Source: Penicillus capitatus
Taxonomy: Eukaryota > Plantae > Chlorophyta
Direction: 5' to 3'
DNA length: 64,000 nucleotides
Assembly (NCBI GenBank): GCA_965649825.1
Contig: OZ287697.1
Coordinates: forward strand, 1,908,351-1,972,350
The notes under the pieces are model-generated. The model was not told the DNA's origin and searched no databases. It worked only from the letters and a program-made list of their open reading frames with translations. Positions within the stretch are counted from its first letter, which is position 1. Every line of letters begins with the position of its first letter. Shown in pieces: positions 11,989-25,065 of the stretch. Both the position numbers and the translations under genes were made by a program.

Positions 11989-14595
11989 CGCATTGCTTTG
12001 CTTCGATATAACGAAAAATAACTGGAGAGTTATGACGCAGATGTTTCCGTCCTCTTTGTATGAAGGCATGATAACAGTGACGCCTATCGTCATAGGATCG
12101 AAACCATGCACTTCTAGAATTAGCATAGTTTCAACAGTCATTTCATAGTACTCCCGTGTTTTGCTCGACGACACTTGGTGATAACTAACAAATTTTTCAA
12201 ACGCGTCGTGGCAAGCTCATTTTTTGGGTTTCTTCAAGTGTGTACTGTTGGTTGTGAAATAAATTGCAGCGTCGCTTCTCAATTCCCAAAATTCTGTGTA
12301 TGAGAGAAGTGACATGATTGGTGGAATCTTCAAACAACCCACTCCATTTCTCTATGTCTTCTAACGCAGAACTCGACTAAATGACTCCAACCGAGTAACA
12401 GGAACGTTATCCAAAGGATATCTTGTTGTGTGTACATGCAGGTTTGCAGTTTAATGTGCAGAGGAAGACAGACGCCTTCTTCTGTGAATGAACCATCCTG
12501 TAATCCATGATTGTCTTCAAACGACCGCGGTAGAAAGCAACGAGGTACTGGAGCGTCATCGTCGAGGTCTCTATACTCCTTGGTCGTTAGAAGATCTCTC
12601 TCATGTGCGATGCGATTCGGAGACGTTTGGCATTGGATGGCATTGAAATGACGGCTAGGAGATGGTCGGTTGACAGCAACCTCTCTGTCTTAGCTGCTGC
12701 TTGAGACCAATAAGTTTGGCATCGGCGGGTTCGTGCGGAGAAGGCAACAACCGCTATTCGAAACGCGCTTCTTGAGGATTCGCAGTCTTGAACGTCAAAA
12801 CGTGCATCGATCCTTCAAAGGTGCCTTTCAACAGACGAAGAGTAGAGAGTGGGAAGCCCTTTTGCAGTAGTGGTGTATTGTGCGCTGTGGATGATTTCGC
12901 CAGAGAGATCATTTGACACACCGATGATCTTTTTATATTAGCAGCGATTTTGGCTGTGCTTTCAGAGTCGTCTCTTGCCACGTCCTGATGGCTAGAATTC
13001 CATCCCTGTGGAAGGGTTTGTCGAGGAACGTCATGGTCCGTTGCCCTTTCGTCAGTATGTTCAGACATGACCAGGCCCCTCTGTATTGCTTTTCTATCGT
13101 AGGTGCAATGCATCCATGTCTAAAAAGAAAGAGAGTGGTCTGTTTTTAGCCCTGGCCATCAGCTACCTTGACAAAGGGGGATTCAGCGATATCGATGGCC
13201 GTTGTTGCGATAGTTTACATGTCGATGTTGGGACGGCATACATTTACAAAAGGCGCTGTAGATGATTGTCAAAAGGACTGGGGCTGTCACATCGTGACTC
13301 ACTCGTCTAAGGGTTCTGTCTCTGAAGAGGCGCGCATAAGAGGTTTACGTTAACCTATGGATCCTTTTCCCGTGTGTGAAGAACTCCCGCCAGCCGCCTT
13401 ACCCTCCACGTCTCTTTCGACTTCCTCGGCATGGACGACCCGTATCTCTCCCTCGCCGCCTTGGTCGGGATGTGGAGGGGCATGGTGGCTGGATTCGTCC
13501 TCGTGTTGGCTCATCTCACAAGCGTAGCGGAAGTCTTGAAGTTAGATGATGATGGGCGAGAGTTCGGAGGCCACACCGACAGTTTTGCAGCGAAGAGACG
13601 ACTTGTTACAATGACGACACACAGCGAATGTTTTGACAAACAGAAACAGATTGTGTGCGTTTCACAAACGATAGTAGAAACTCGGGTGTCAAACGAGAGA
13701 TAATTTTATGTGTCCGGCTCTTGCTTAAATACTCAGTCCCTGATGTGACGGCAGGAAAGCAGATGCATTTCAGGAGTGAGTTCACAATGAGACTAGGAAG
13801 TTCAACACGAAATTCTAGAGACTTCCTAAGAACTTCGCCGGAACTCACTCCCAGTCAGCACGACTTGTCTGCGACTCAGCGGCGACAGTTACGTCGCGCA
13901 GCCAAGGACGCGAAAAGACACGAACGACAGAAGATGTAATCCATTTATATTGTCGTCTCATTGCGTTCCCTCAGAATCGCGCCCTTTCTTCACAACGTGA
14001 TCCCGATAGGCCGCTGACTCATTTGTCATCTCACCTGTGGCATACAAATACGTGAACGTAGACCATTGTAAACCTTTGCTCTGTAATACGTGAAGCCTTC
14101 CGCTGACAATGATATGATTGTAACTCCGGTTCGTAGCGCAACACAGCAAACGTCGTTGACGCGCATCGGTAGTCAGAATTGAGTCCCCAGGAAGGTTTTA
14201 CTGTCAACGTTGCACCTTTCGTTACGTCTGTGCTGGCTACCCAGCAAAAGTATGTAATATCTGCAAGAGAATCTTGCTCCCCTGTTATGCATGCATGATT
14301 CTGCAAATGACCTTCCAGCAAGCACACACAGAAGTCGCCTTCTTTTGTTGAAGCATCGTTGCTGGCCGTAAGATCTCATTGCATTTATACTGTGTACTTG
14401 GCCCATAAATAACACAATGCGACTCAGTCCCCTTATGTGAAACATCAGCCACTGGAGAGCACTTCATATCGTGCACTGCCTTTCTTGGGAAGCAGAGACA
14501 CATCTACAGTCGTCATTATCTACCATTTGGACCCCCTCCAGAGACTGTTTGTTTAAGACGTTGGTGTTTTGACTTTAAAGGCACAAAGCGGTTCT

Positions 14596-16669
14596 TTATG
14601 TCGTTGGCAAGTCACTCGAATTCTCCGGAGTCGTGCCTTCATCTCGAATAATTTCACGATGACACGACCAAACGAGACGAATAGCTTCAGACGTGCCAAT
14701 TCCTGCAGCTCTGGGATCGCTGGCAGGTCCAAACCAATGATTCTGTGGAGCACCTGAGAGAAATGACATACAGAAAGAAACTCAACGGACTGAGATAGGG
14801 CACCCACCTGTCGTACGAGCACGAATGCCTGCATACGTCGTGCCATTCACTGTGCTTCCAAGGACCTTGTTGATAAACGAGGCATCGTGTGAGACCACGG
14901 CAGCACAGAGCTGAGCCTCGAGACGCTCACAGACTTCCAGCACCAAGTCAAGTTCGTCTTCTTTGTACTCTGTCAGCACCTGCTATCGATCATGAGAACC
15001 AAGAGACAGATGGTAAAGTGCTTGCCTGAACAGGGCCAAAGACTTCTGTCGTCACCAAATTAAAGTGCTCGTCCATAAGGATCGTCTTCAAAGGAACGAA
15101 AACAGCCGTCGGTTCCATGGCACCGTACTGAAGAGGAATGCTGTGATTCTTGAGCGGCTGTCCTCCAAACGACAGTCGTGCGCCTGGTGTCCATAACGGT
15201 TGTTTTGATCCTAAGGTGGTGATCGTGGATCACCTGGAAGCGCCAGTAGTTTTTGAACGTGATTATGCAAAGATGCTGTTGTCCAGGTGAGAACTGGACC
15301 GACAGTAAGATCATCGAGGCTGCGACGGGCAGCGCGTTCTTTGAGGCACTTCTCCAGACCTGCCTGCATCCAGTTCTCGTGCATAAACAGCAGAGACTGG
15401 GCACTGCATTTCTGCCCAGATGCGGCATAGGCATCCTGGTCGCAGACCCAGGCCACGAAGTCCAAATCCGAAACATCGGGGCCCAGAATCTTCCAATCGT
15501 ATCCGGCATCCTCCAGAAAGACCTTAACACACGGACTGCACCTCCATTGGTGCACACAAAAGCGCACTTTGCCGTTGAGATCACGGGAGAGTATCTCTGC
15601 TGTACGTTGGCTGCCAGTGAAAAGCGTACTGCGTGGCTTTCCTGCCATCAACACCTGATGCACGACGGTTCCTTGACCGTTGAGGAAATCCACATCGTGA
15701 GGCGGCATGCCGCAGTGAAGCATGAGCTTTAGAAATTGATCCATCACAATACTGACCTATATGCATCCCATCGATCAGCATCATGGATCCGTCCACGCAC
15801 AGCAGACTCTGTGATCCACGTGGAGGATGGGACGATTGCCCATGTACAGAGCGCCCATCAACTGCAGAACTGGAATCTCTAATGGAAAATTGAATGGGGT
15901 GATGACGGCCACGCCGCCAAACGGCCAACGGTAGCTCGAGCACTCTTGGCCTAATCGATCTCCAGAAGACACGGATCCGCGTGCCAAAAAACGAACCTCG
16001 TGGCATCTCGGCATCAGATACGCCGACCCGAGGCAGAAAGGCGCTTCACCTGATCTCCGCAGAAATTCTCGAGAAACTTCAGCGTGATAGACACTTCCCC
16101 CATCGCCTGAGCATAGCTCTTGGGAACAACCCGCTGAATCAGCCGCGTAAAGAATTCCTTCACCTAAACAGCCACTGATCTTGCAGCCTTCATCTTTCGC
16201 CTGTACCTCCATCTGACGCAACTCTTGACAGATTCTCGCTGTGATGTCGCCATACATCACGTATCTCATATCAGAGAACATATCAGCAAGAGAGGCAGGT
16301 GCGCGGACGCGTGTACCTTTCGGGTGATTTGAATGGATTGTGTAAGCCCGACTTGGGCACATGCCTCAGATTCTGTACAAAGGACTGCGCCTCATCGAAC
16401 TGCGTATCGGGGCATTGGACAAAATGATCCTGTCCTTTCAAAGGATCTGGCAGCTCGATGAAGGTCGCTGTCTTGGACCATTGCCCACTGACTGCAGGAT
16501 CCCGTTTTCATCGGAAGTCCATGACCGAGGTCGCACCAAAATTCGAAACGACGGCGGGACGAGCTCCCGAAATCGCTGCGGGGTCGACGGTTGCCCAATT
16601 CGCCCATCCTCGAACGAGCGACCTTCGGCAGCAGCGCCTCGATGCAAAGAGCAGAGAATAGACCTGCAT
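14596..16669 (-). CDS. ALDH12A1: Delta-1-pyrroline-5-carboxylate dehydrogenase, mitochondrial (multi-exon)
   Basis: GLHNPFKSPER, RWPFG.VAVITPFNFPLEIPVLQLMGALYMGN, LEDAGYDWKILGPD, SGQKCSAQS, VNGTTYAGIRARTTGAPQNHWFGP; TAA at 14596. Confidence 0.96.
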
Positions 16670-16713
16670 CGAAGGTTCAGCTGAGCCCTGTCACATCATC
16701 TCTCTCTGCAACG
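16670..16713. promoter_or_regulatory. Minimal bidirectional promoter region containing GTCACATCA (16690)
   Basis: 44 bp between the divergent ATGs of ALDH12A1 and the RNase M5-like gene. Confidence 0.55.
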
Positions 16714-18145
16714 ATGCGCTCTTCTCTTCGAAGTTTCGGCTCTCTGCATGGCGCTGCGCCTGTCCAGAGGGTGACAGCCTCTCAGGGAAACGTGTCGTTA
16801 CAACGGTGAGAGTGACTTGCCTCGCGATCGGGAGTTTTCTTGGCGGATGTGTATGTAGTCAGTGTCTAAGGGCTTACGATTCAAAGCGTGTAGAAACGAA
16901 GGTCGTTCGTGACAAGGCGTTTCCCGATTTCCCTGTGTACTCGACCGTCGTTAAGAAGTGCATCCCGGTAGCCGCCAGTCGGTCACATCAGCGTCCCTTC
17001 CGAAACGAATGGGAAACGGTCGATCCACGCAATCCTAAGAACGTAATCGTGACGCTGGAAAACGGAGAGAGGCGTGTGAAAAAGGACGGAAGGCTGTTGC
17101 CACTCTATCGAGATTGGGAGAGAGAATTCGGAAAACCGATAGGTCGACAAGTTGACCTCCCCTGCAATGCTCAAAATGTGTGACACCAGGCGATTCGCGA
17201 CCGTACTATCGCAAACATATGGGCCCACTATTGATGCCATATCGCGAAAATCGATCTCTCCCGCAGATCTCTTCACTGATAGTGGTGGAAGGTCTTAGCG
17301 ACTGGAAAGCGGTTAAGGCTGCTGTCGATGCCCATGTCTCCTGAATCCAAAGAAAGCGTGAGAAGTGAACGGGTGTTGTAGGTCTTTGTGTGCGATGGGG
17401 CATCGATTCTGAATTTTGTGTATCACAAGTATGTGCTGCAGACAGTCAACAGCTACAAGGGCGATGTGATTGTGCTCATGGATCCCGACACAGCTGGCAG
17501 ACGCATGCGAACGTCCGTCCATCAACTGATCAGACCGTGCAAACATGCCTTCGTCTCAGAATACGATGCCGTTGTGGGGATGTGCGTTGCCTCCTCCCAA
17601 CAAGGCCCTTGTCCGTCATGGTATGCGCTGTAGGGGACGATCGTACGAGTCTATTGGCATTGAACACGCAACACCCAAAAGTATACAAAGGGCGCTGAAA
17701 TGCACAAAGACGTATGATAAGGACGCGGAACCGCAGTTCAAGTTTGAGACACTCTATGAGATGGGCCTTGTCCAAACGCCTTCTGAACAAGTACGGCACG
17801 ATGCCCGCGTGTGAGTGACGAGAATGGATTAGATCGAGGGCGTGAGATTGAGAAGGCGGTTTACTTGTGGGTTCTTGGGAATTGGCTTCTGCGATGGTCG
17901 TCAGTTGATGAAACAACTCAACGGGTCACCATCAGATTCTGTGAGGCTTGTTTTTCTACTGCTCGTTGTGCAGGTATCGATTCACGATGGAGGAGCTTCA
18001 ATCGGCCATAAAGAAGGCGAACTTGTTGCTCGAGGAGTGGAAGCAAAAGCCGTGGAGACTGCAGAAAGACTACAAGCGTTTGAGATCGCGGCCACTGCGA
18101 AGGACTGAATTCACCATAGTGAACAACTTCGTATCAGCCTTTTAA
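16714..18145 (+). CDS. RNase M5-like TOPRIM nuclease with C-terminal RNase M5-type domain and N-terminal extension (probably organelle-targeted; multi-exon)
   Basis: LIVVEGLSDWKAVKAAVDA, VIVLMDPDTAGRRMR..CKHAF (TOPRIM E and DxD), LYEMGLV, LGIGFCDGRQLMKQLN; Ser/Arg-rich N-terminus. Confidence 0.82.
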
Positions 18146-18528
18146 AATCCCATTCCGGTGGGCACTATGGAGAGAGACATCCCTCAGCGAGTGGAAGCAC
18201 TTTTTGTTTCTGTTCTATGTATGACCAAAACAACGGGTAGCGTCAGATCGCTTTGTTCAAAGGATGACTGCCAAGTCTGTCCCTCGTCGAGGACCATCCA
18301 CTGTTCCGTGATCACTGACCATTTGCTCGGTCTCCAGTGGGCGTCCAGTCAGGATAGGAGGTCGATCGACGCTACCAGCTGTTTAGAGGTTGGCCCGTTA
18401 CTGAAAGATATCGATTCAGAATAACCGATGATGATGATGCACATGCGTCGTCCATCGCTGTCATTGCAACGAACGTTGTTTGCGGATTCCGCCGGCTTCG
18501 TATCCCCGTCAACGACGGTACGGTTGAC

Positions 18529-20184
18529 ATGAGTGTAGCCGAGAGCGACCTTATCAGTTCGTTGCTCGAAGACGAGCACTTCCTCTCCAGAGTTCTGAGC
18601 CATTTGATCGACTTCGGCCTTCACGAGTGTCGCCGCGTCTGTCGCAAATGGAAGGATGTCTGCCGAAGACTGCCAGTAAAGCTGAAGAATATTCCCATCG
18701 ATAAGATGGCCGACATACCCCTTGCGTTTCCCAACGTCGTCCGTCTGTCCTCTCTTGAAGGACACGTGCCAAAGGCAGAGATGAGTGTCCTCCATTCCTT
18801 CTCTCGTCTTACCAATCTTAATCATCTGGAGATCAATCTGTCCGCCTTATCCTTCACCATCGACCAGCACTTTCCCACATGGTTTGCCACTCTCGGCCAG
18901 TTGACGTCCTTCCGCGTATACGGTCTCGTCAATGCAGCACCCCACTTCTTCGAAGCGTTGGAAAACATGAGGCAGTTGACCAAACTTGAATTCGCCAGAG
19001 ATCAAGGCGACGCTTTTCAGATCGACGCGATCGTGCCGTTGAAGGGTCTCCAGGAACTCTCTATCTACATGTCCCAGATGACAGCCACTCAAGGCGAAGC
19101 GCTGTTTCTTTCCATGCCGCATTTGACAAAGCTAAAGGTCACACAAGATATTCTGAACATGACAACACCTCCCCTCGTGGTAAGTGCATTGGTGACGGAT
19201 CTATTGCCCTGTCGCCAAGGGGGTATTCTTTAGGTGCTTGCTCCTCACATGCATCAGCTGAAGTCGCTATCGCTCGATGGATTGTATGATGTGACAACCC
19301 CGACGAATTGGCTATCCTTGTTCTCCAAGATCCAGCTAGAGGAATTGCGAATCAGATATATCGTTCGCGGTTTACCGCCCTCTGGCAGACGGCCATGCGA
19401 GAATATCAGATCAGCATGGTCCCCGAGTGTCTTCCCAGACATTCTGGCCATCAGAGCTATGATCCAGCTGACCTCTCTGGATCTGTGTTTCGAGGCCTTG
19501 CGAAAGAAGGATGTCTGGGAGGCGATCTCAGCGTTGGCGAATCTGAAATCGCTGAAACTCACGGCACAGCATTGGATGGAAGATGATGGTGGCGATGGCG
19601 ATCCGCCCTGTCCCATCGCAAACCTTACGAAGCTGACGTCTTTGTCACTCATCGGTCACGGCCTGGGACAGGACGCAAGACGCTTGACGAATCTGGTGGA
19701 GCTTGAGTTTACGCAAGACCATGATTCAGAGCTGCTCCTGCAGCACGCCTTGCCACAACTGCCGCGTCTGGAGAGACTTGTGATCCAAGAAATGGAGGGT
19801 GATCTGGATCCAACTACCATCTCTGCTTTCGCATTGCTCAAGAACCTCAAGTCGCTATCTCTGGAATATACGACGTGCATCGATGTGCGTCTCTTCGAAG
19901 CTCTTGCTTCGTTGCCGGAACTCGCCGAGCTCCGGTATGACGGCTATCCTGGTCACGTCGTCCCCCATTCGTTCATTCGTGAAGTGACAAGGCTGAAGCA
20001 GCTGCACCGTCTGAGCTTTCTAGGCGATGGTGTAACGATGAAGTTGTTCGACATCTTTGAGGAAGGCAGCTATTCCCATATCATGTATCTCCACAGCAAC
20101 CTGATGAAGCATGAATACAACAACATCCATCAGGTGTTCAGAAGACTTCCGTGTTTGCGATCGTTCAATATCTGCACTATATAA
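18529..20184 (+). CDS. F-box-like/leucine-rich repeat protein (copy 2, two exons)
   Basis: LISSLLEDEHFLSRVLSHL..LHECRRVCRKW plus LRR repeats; GTAAGT..TTTAG intron about 19180-19233; paralogous to 10551-11988. Confidence 0.85.
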
Positions 20185-21065
20185 CTGGCTGCTGTCAAGA
20201 AAGAATCCTTCGCTGCTAGGCGATTAAAGGGATTGGCAATTCTGTGATGCTACCAGGGTTTCTCTCCTGCATCGAATCTTTTACGCCATCTTTGAATACT
20301 GTGCTCGCATGTTGTGTTATCGGACATCCTCTTTTTGATCACGCAATCGGATGAAGATTTGTCTGCAAGACGCGAAAGTTGTTGTTTCGGCACGCGCCCT
20401 AAATTGATCGCATCCATAGGCTACGAGAGATGGGACTGCTGCTTAGGGTTTCGAACTTCAGTATGCACCAGACATTTTTCATGAGGCGATCCATATGGAT
20501 GGGATCAACGCATCCCCGAGTTTCGCTTTTTTGCGTACTAATTAGATAAGGTTCATTCATACCCAGTGTGAAAGGATGACTGATTTTCTTCCCTTCTGTC
20601 CTCGCGATGCTACGCTCGAGATCTCGATACTCATAGAGCCGATCGTCGAGAACAAATCCCGATCGTGCAGCGCGACAGCGTCGATCTTGAAAACAGCAGT
20701 GAAAGGGATTGGCAAACAAGGTCACAGAACAGACTTCGCCTCACACTGCCACGGCAAATAATATGGTCTCCTGCTAATTCTCATCCCCTTTACCTCCCAT
20801 GCTCCATCGCGCCGTTCTTCCAACATCTTTAACGATCAAAAAAGAAGACGTCCCATCACAGCGCCGGCGTTTCTGTTCGATCTGGCTACTTTTAGAGGGA
20901 GGGTATTACACAGATTTCTGTTTCTTTGTTCCCCACTCACTCATAAGATCTCTGTGCACACAGTTGTCTCCAGGCGTGGCACAGTATGGGTGTGTCTGCT
21001 TCTCCCATTTCCAACAAACACAGTTCATTCCAAAAAGTCTTCAAAAAACAAAACTCCGTCTCGGT

Positions 21066-21791
21066 TCAGTTATGCGTATGCAGAACAAGACTCCTCAACT
21101 TCTCCTGCGCTTCGCGGAGACTCTTCACTTCGGAGCAAAGCGCATCAAGCATGTCTACCAGCTGAGGGAACTGTAGACGCTGGCGTGAGCAACGACGAAG
21201 CGTCGGTCAAACAGACGACGGCGTACCTGTTCGGTATGCAACTCCCGAATACGTCTTACACTTGACATCACGCGGTACTGAGATCCCCCTCGCAACACAC
21301 GTTTTCGCCATCCCCTGCGCACACTCTCCTGTGCGCATCCCTTCTTACCATTCCAAAAACGATGACCAACCGCTTACTTGCACCACCATTCTGCTGAGCA
21401 CTCTCAGCAAGCCCTCTGGGCTACAGTCCATATCACATACGTCCAGAAGAGCGCCTGCGCGAAAGCGCCATCCAACAGTGAAGAATCATCTGCACGAAGT
21501 ACTTGATGATGATACGGTCCTTCGAGGTCGGCGTTGTGGAGCAGCCACTGGACAAAAACGCAGACGGCGTAGTTGACGTGCCGCCACGAGTTCGCGCTGC
21601 TCTACGACGCCGAACGCACTTTCCACCAGCGTTTCATCGGAAGATATCGAATTCGACGGCTCGTCTTCCTCCAAAGCCCCCCGCTGGTGAACAACGTCGA
21701 ACGGTATCGCGTCTCTCCTCATTGCCCCCAGCCTTGCAAACCTATTGACAGTTTTGCTTGGCTTTCGCTGTATCCTCCCGTTGGTGGCCAT
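21066..21791 (-). CDS. Hypothetical protein with C-terminal coiled coil (multi-exon model)
   Basis: GT-AG splicing joins MATNGRIQRK.. to ..RRIRELHTEQFPQLVDMLDALCSEVKSLREAQEKL..TGA; no family recognised. Confidence 0.45.
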
Positions 21792-21974
21792 CTTTCGTCC
21801 GAATGGTGCAGTGTGCAACGAACGATGCTTAAATAAACATTCCTCGCACGGTCACATCTTCGCTGTCATTCGATGGGACGTTCCACCTATCCGTCATCTC
21901 TAACCGGTGCCCGTCGTCTCACGGACGGCCTGTTCAAGATTCTCCGCCTTCAGACGTGTCGTTCGCGCGGCGCC

Positions 21975-23441
21975 ATGGAGCAAATCGTCCGTCCGGGGGG
22001 CAAGAGAAGAAGAAAGCCGCCGCCGTCCGCTGCACGGCGACAGAATCTCGCAGCCCCGAAGAAAAAACGCGCAGATGTTCGCGTCAAGAGCGAACCGCTA
22101 GAGCTCGAAGATCTAGACACAGCACTGGTCACAGATATGGCTTCCATAAGAGCGGCATTGCTTCGCTGGTATGTCGAGCACTGTCGTGTTCTCCCCTGGC
22201 GCCGACCGCCCGGTTCGAAATCGGAAGGTGGCGAAACGGATGAAGATTTTGCCTATCGTGTATGGGTCTCCGAAGTGATGCTGCAGCAAACACAAGTCGT
22301 CAAAGTCGTCGAGTACTTCGAGCGATGGCTGCAAAGATGGCCAACTGTTCACGATCTCGCTCAGGCGTCCGTGGATGACGTCCGTGAGATGTGGTCGGGT
22401 CTCGGATACTACTCCAGAGCTGCCAATCTCCTCAAAGGCGCTCAATTCATCGTGGAAACGCTTGGTGGCCGTTTTCCGTCGACGGTTACAGAGCTTCGAC
22501 AGATTCCAGGTGTGTTTCTCTCTGAGGGATGTTCGAGAGTGGGGTGGGCGTTTAGGTGTGGGTCCCTATACCAGTCGGGCCATTGCCTCTATCGCTTTTC
22601 AACAGCCCGAGGCAGTGGTGGATGGAAATGTTATTCGTGTGCTTTCTCGATTGTTTGCCGTTTCTGGAGATCCGAAGAAACAGCAAAAACACTTTCAATC
22701 CTTGGCAGATGCCTTGCTGGATCGACAGCATCCTGGCGACTTCAATCAGGCTGTCATGGAGTTTGGTGCCCTGGTGTGTCGTCCTTCAAATCCACCGTGC
22801 CAAGAATGTCCCGTTCAGCTCCATTGCATGGCCTACCAAAACACATTGCGCGATGTCAAGAAGGAAAACAGTGCATTCATAGCCGCGCCTCAAGTAGCAT
22901 CGTTGTCTATGAGGTGCGATGTGGTGTATTCGAGAGGGTGTGTGTGGCACAGGTGACGGACTATCCGATGCTAGCCAAGAAGCGTGCAAAGAGAGAGATG
23001 TCTGTCGCTGTATCTGTGCTGCAGGTCGTCTCGGATTCAGAATCGTGGTACCTCTTGCTCAAACGACCGAAGAGAGGTCTGTTAGCTGGTCTCTGGGAGT
23101 TCCCGACAGTCCCGCTGACAGAAGCCGCCGCGCCGCCGCCCGCAGACAGAGAAAAGGAGACGGATGCCTTCCTGAAAGACCTCCTCGGTCAAGATCTTTC
23201 CCAAATGCCTGCGATCAAGCGAGCCGCCATCGGCACCGCCGTCCACATCTTCTCACACATTCGTATGACGTTACACATCGAGGCATTGCAGTTCGCTGCA
23301 CGACCCGATGAGATATCACTGAACGCGTCAGCTGAGTTCAGATGGGTGCCCTCTCAGGAGATAGACTCTATCGGAATGTGCACGATGGTGAAGAAAGTTT
23401 ACAACGTGTTTCGCGAGTATCAAAGAAAACACCAATCATGA
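21975..23441 (+). CDS. MUTYH: A/G-specific adenine DNA glycosylase
   Basis: VWVSEVMLQQT, WSGLGYYSRA, IPGVGPYT (HhH), VVDGNVIRVLSRL, C-x6-C-x2-C-x5-C FeS cluster motif, GLLAGLWEFP NUDIX-like tail. Confidence 0.96.
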   Translation: MEQIVRPGGKRRRKPPPSAARRQNLAAPKKKRADVRVKSEPLELEDLDTALVTDMASIRAALLRWYVEHCRVLPWRRPPGSKSEGGETDEDFAYRVWVSEVMLQQTQVVKVVEYFERWLQRWPTVHDLAQASVDDVREMWSGLGYYSRAANLLKGAQFIVETLGGRFPSTVTELRQIPGVFLSEGCSRVGWAFRCGSLYQSGHCLYRFSTARGSGGWKCYSCAFSIVCRFWRSEETAKTLSILGRCLAGSTASWRLQSGCHGVWCPGVSSFKSTVPRMSRSAPLHGLPKHIARCQEGKQCIHSRASSSIVVYEVRCGVFERVCVAQVTDYPMLAKKRAKREMSVAVSVLQVVSDSESWYLLLKRPKRGLLAGLWEFPTVPLTEAAAPPPADREKETDAFLKDLLGQDLSQMPAIKRAAIGTAVHIFSHIRMTLHIEALQFAARPDEISLNASAEFRWVPSQEIDSIGMCTMVKKVYNVFREYQRKHQS

Positions 23442-23472
23442 AATAACTTTTATACAAGGATCTGCTTGAAAA

Positions 23473-24881
23473 TCACAACAGTGGATGATCTCGATCGTCA
23501 TCGTCATCGTCTTCCATTCCAAAAAGGATTTCATCCAATTGCCGTTGCATTTCATATTCGTCATCGTATAGACCCATCGACTGTACAACTGCCTGAATCT
23601 TCAAATCGCTGCATGATGCATTCGAGGCATCGCCGGGCTCCGTGGATAACGGGTTCTCGACGGAGAGAGCACGGGTGTCCATTCTGGACTGTGTGCTTGA
23701 AGGATGGGAGGTCGATGCGTCTTCGAAGAGGAACGGATGGAGATGATGAGTGTAACGCTCTCCGATGACGCGGCCTCGAAAAATGGGGATCTGGGTTTGG
23801 CGAGGAGGCAGGATACACATGTCTTCGTTTAGCCACGGGGCACAAGGATGCATTCGACCTGTGTGCTCCCAATGCATGCCCGTCAGACTCGGGGGATACA
23901 ACGACAAAGAACTTGTGGCTACTATTGGTGCCACTTCAGATCGCGAAATCGGCGGCCAGTCCTGCAAAGGAGTGAGACAGTGAGTTCGGTCGGCACTTAG
24001 ATATCAGACAGTCATACTTGGACGGGCAGTGTCGGGCAAAGACATGGCTGGATACTGAACTCCACAGGACAGAAGAAACCTTGCTCAAAAGACGTGACGC
24101 TTTCGAAAGGACGCGCCGCCAAACTGGCAGCGCTCAGTACTTTAGCCGCTTGCTTCAAATCCGCCATCTCTCGTTTCACTTTCTACAGAGATCGATCGAG
24201 TCCGTGAGCATTCTTGCCATTGCCTGAGTCGCATACGCACCTCGTCCCTGTCTTCATCCGAGCGCAGCCGCAAGCGCTTTCGCTGAGCGTCTTGGGTACT
24301 GTGAGCGCAGTCACGTAGACAACGAATAATATCAATCTGTGAGCAGGCATCTGTCCATCACTAAGGCATGGCAGAAGTGTCCGTCCTACCTCTGTGAGCT
24401 GATCGATCATCGGCAGGAGTCTCTCGTAACATGCCGGAAGGAAATTCGTGGATGCCTGCGTCTTCTTCAGACGCAAACCAATAATGTCGTGCGCTTTCGC
24501 TGCGTCAGCTGCGTCATCAAATGCGCCACAGTAAAGCTGTTTGCCGCTTTTCCAGATATGCGATTCCCACTTTCGCGTTTTCCTGTGGATGGCATAAGCG
24601 CAATACACGCGGAGATAGCGAAGGCCGTACTTGTGTTGTGTGACCCCGCGGTAAGGAGAGTTGCTGCTGACGGGACCGCGGCGGCTTTCGTTGATGCGCG
24701 GATTGGGCGTCATTGTGTGGCGGCTGAGATGATCGTGACCCTTTGCGCCGAAAAATTCGCGTAGTAATAACTGAAACTGCTCCAACGCCTCTCGGGGGCG
24801 CTCGGACGGCGACGCGTCGGTATACGAGGGAGGGGACGAGACGGACGCTTGAACGGCACTTGGATCGTTAGACAGCGGCAT
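23473..24881 (-). CDS. Single-AP2-domain transcription factor (multi-exon)
   Basis: SPYRGVTQH..RKWESHIWKSGKQLYCGAFDDAADAAKAHD..TNF; acidic C-terminus. Confidence 0.88.
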
Positions 24882-25065
24882 AGGGTTGAAAACGAATACG
24901 ACGCGGGTAGAGACAGAGAATGCAGCGCCCTACTGAGTCTAGGTCTCGGTACGTTAGCTGAAGGGTATGACGGCATGTGATGGGACAGCATAGCAACGGA
25001 CAGGACGTCCTGTCCGTGATGTGACGGACATCCGACCCAGCAGATAATGCGAGCGTGTGAGCAGG

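Noticed and set aside
20399-20830. Minus-strand ORF fragments
   Set aside because: Could not be spliced into a consistent gene and no motif was recognised.
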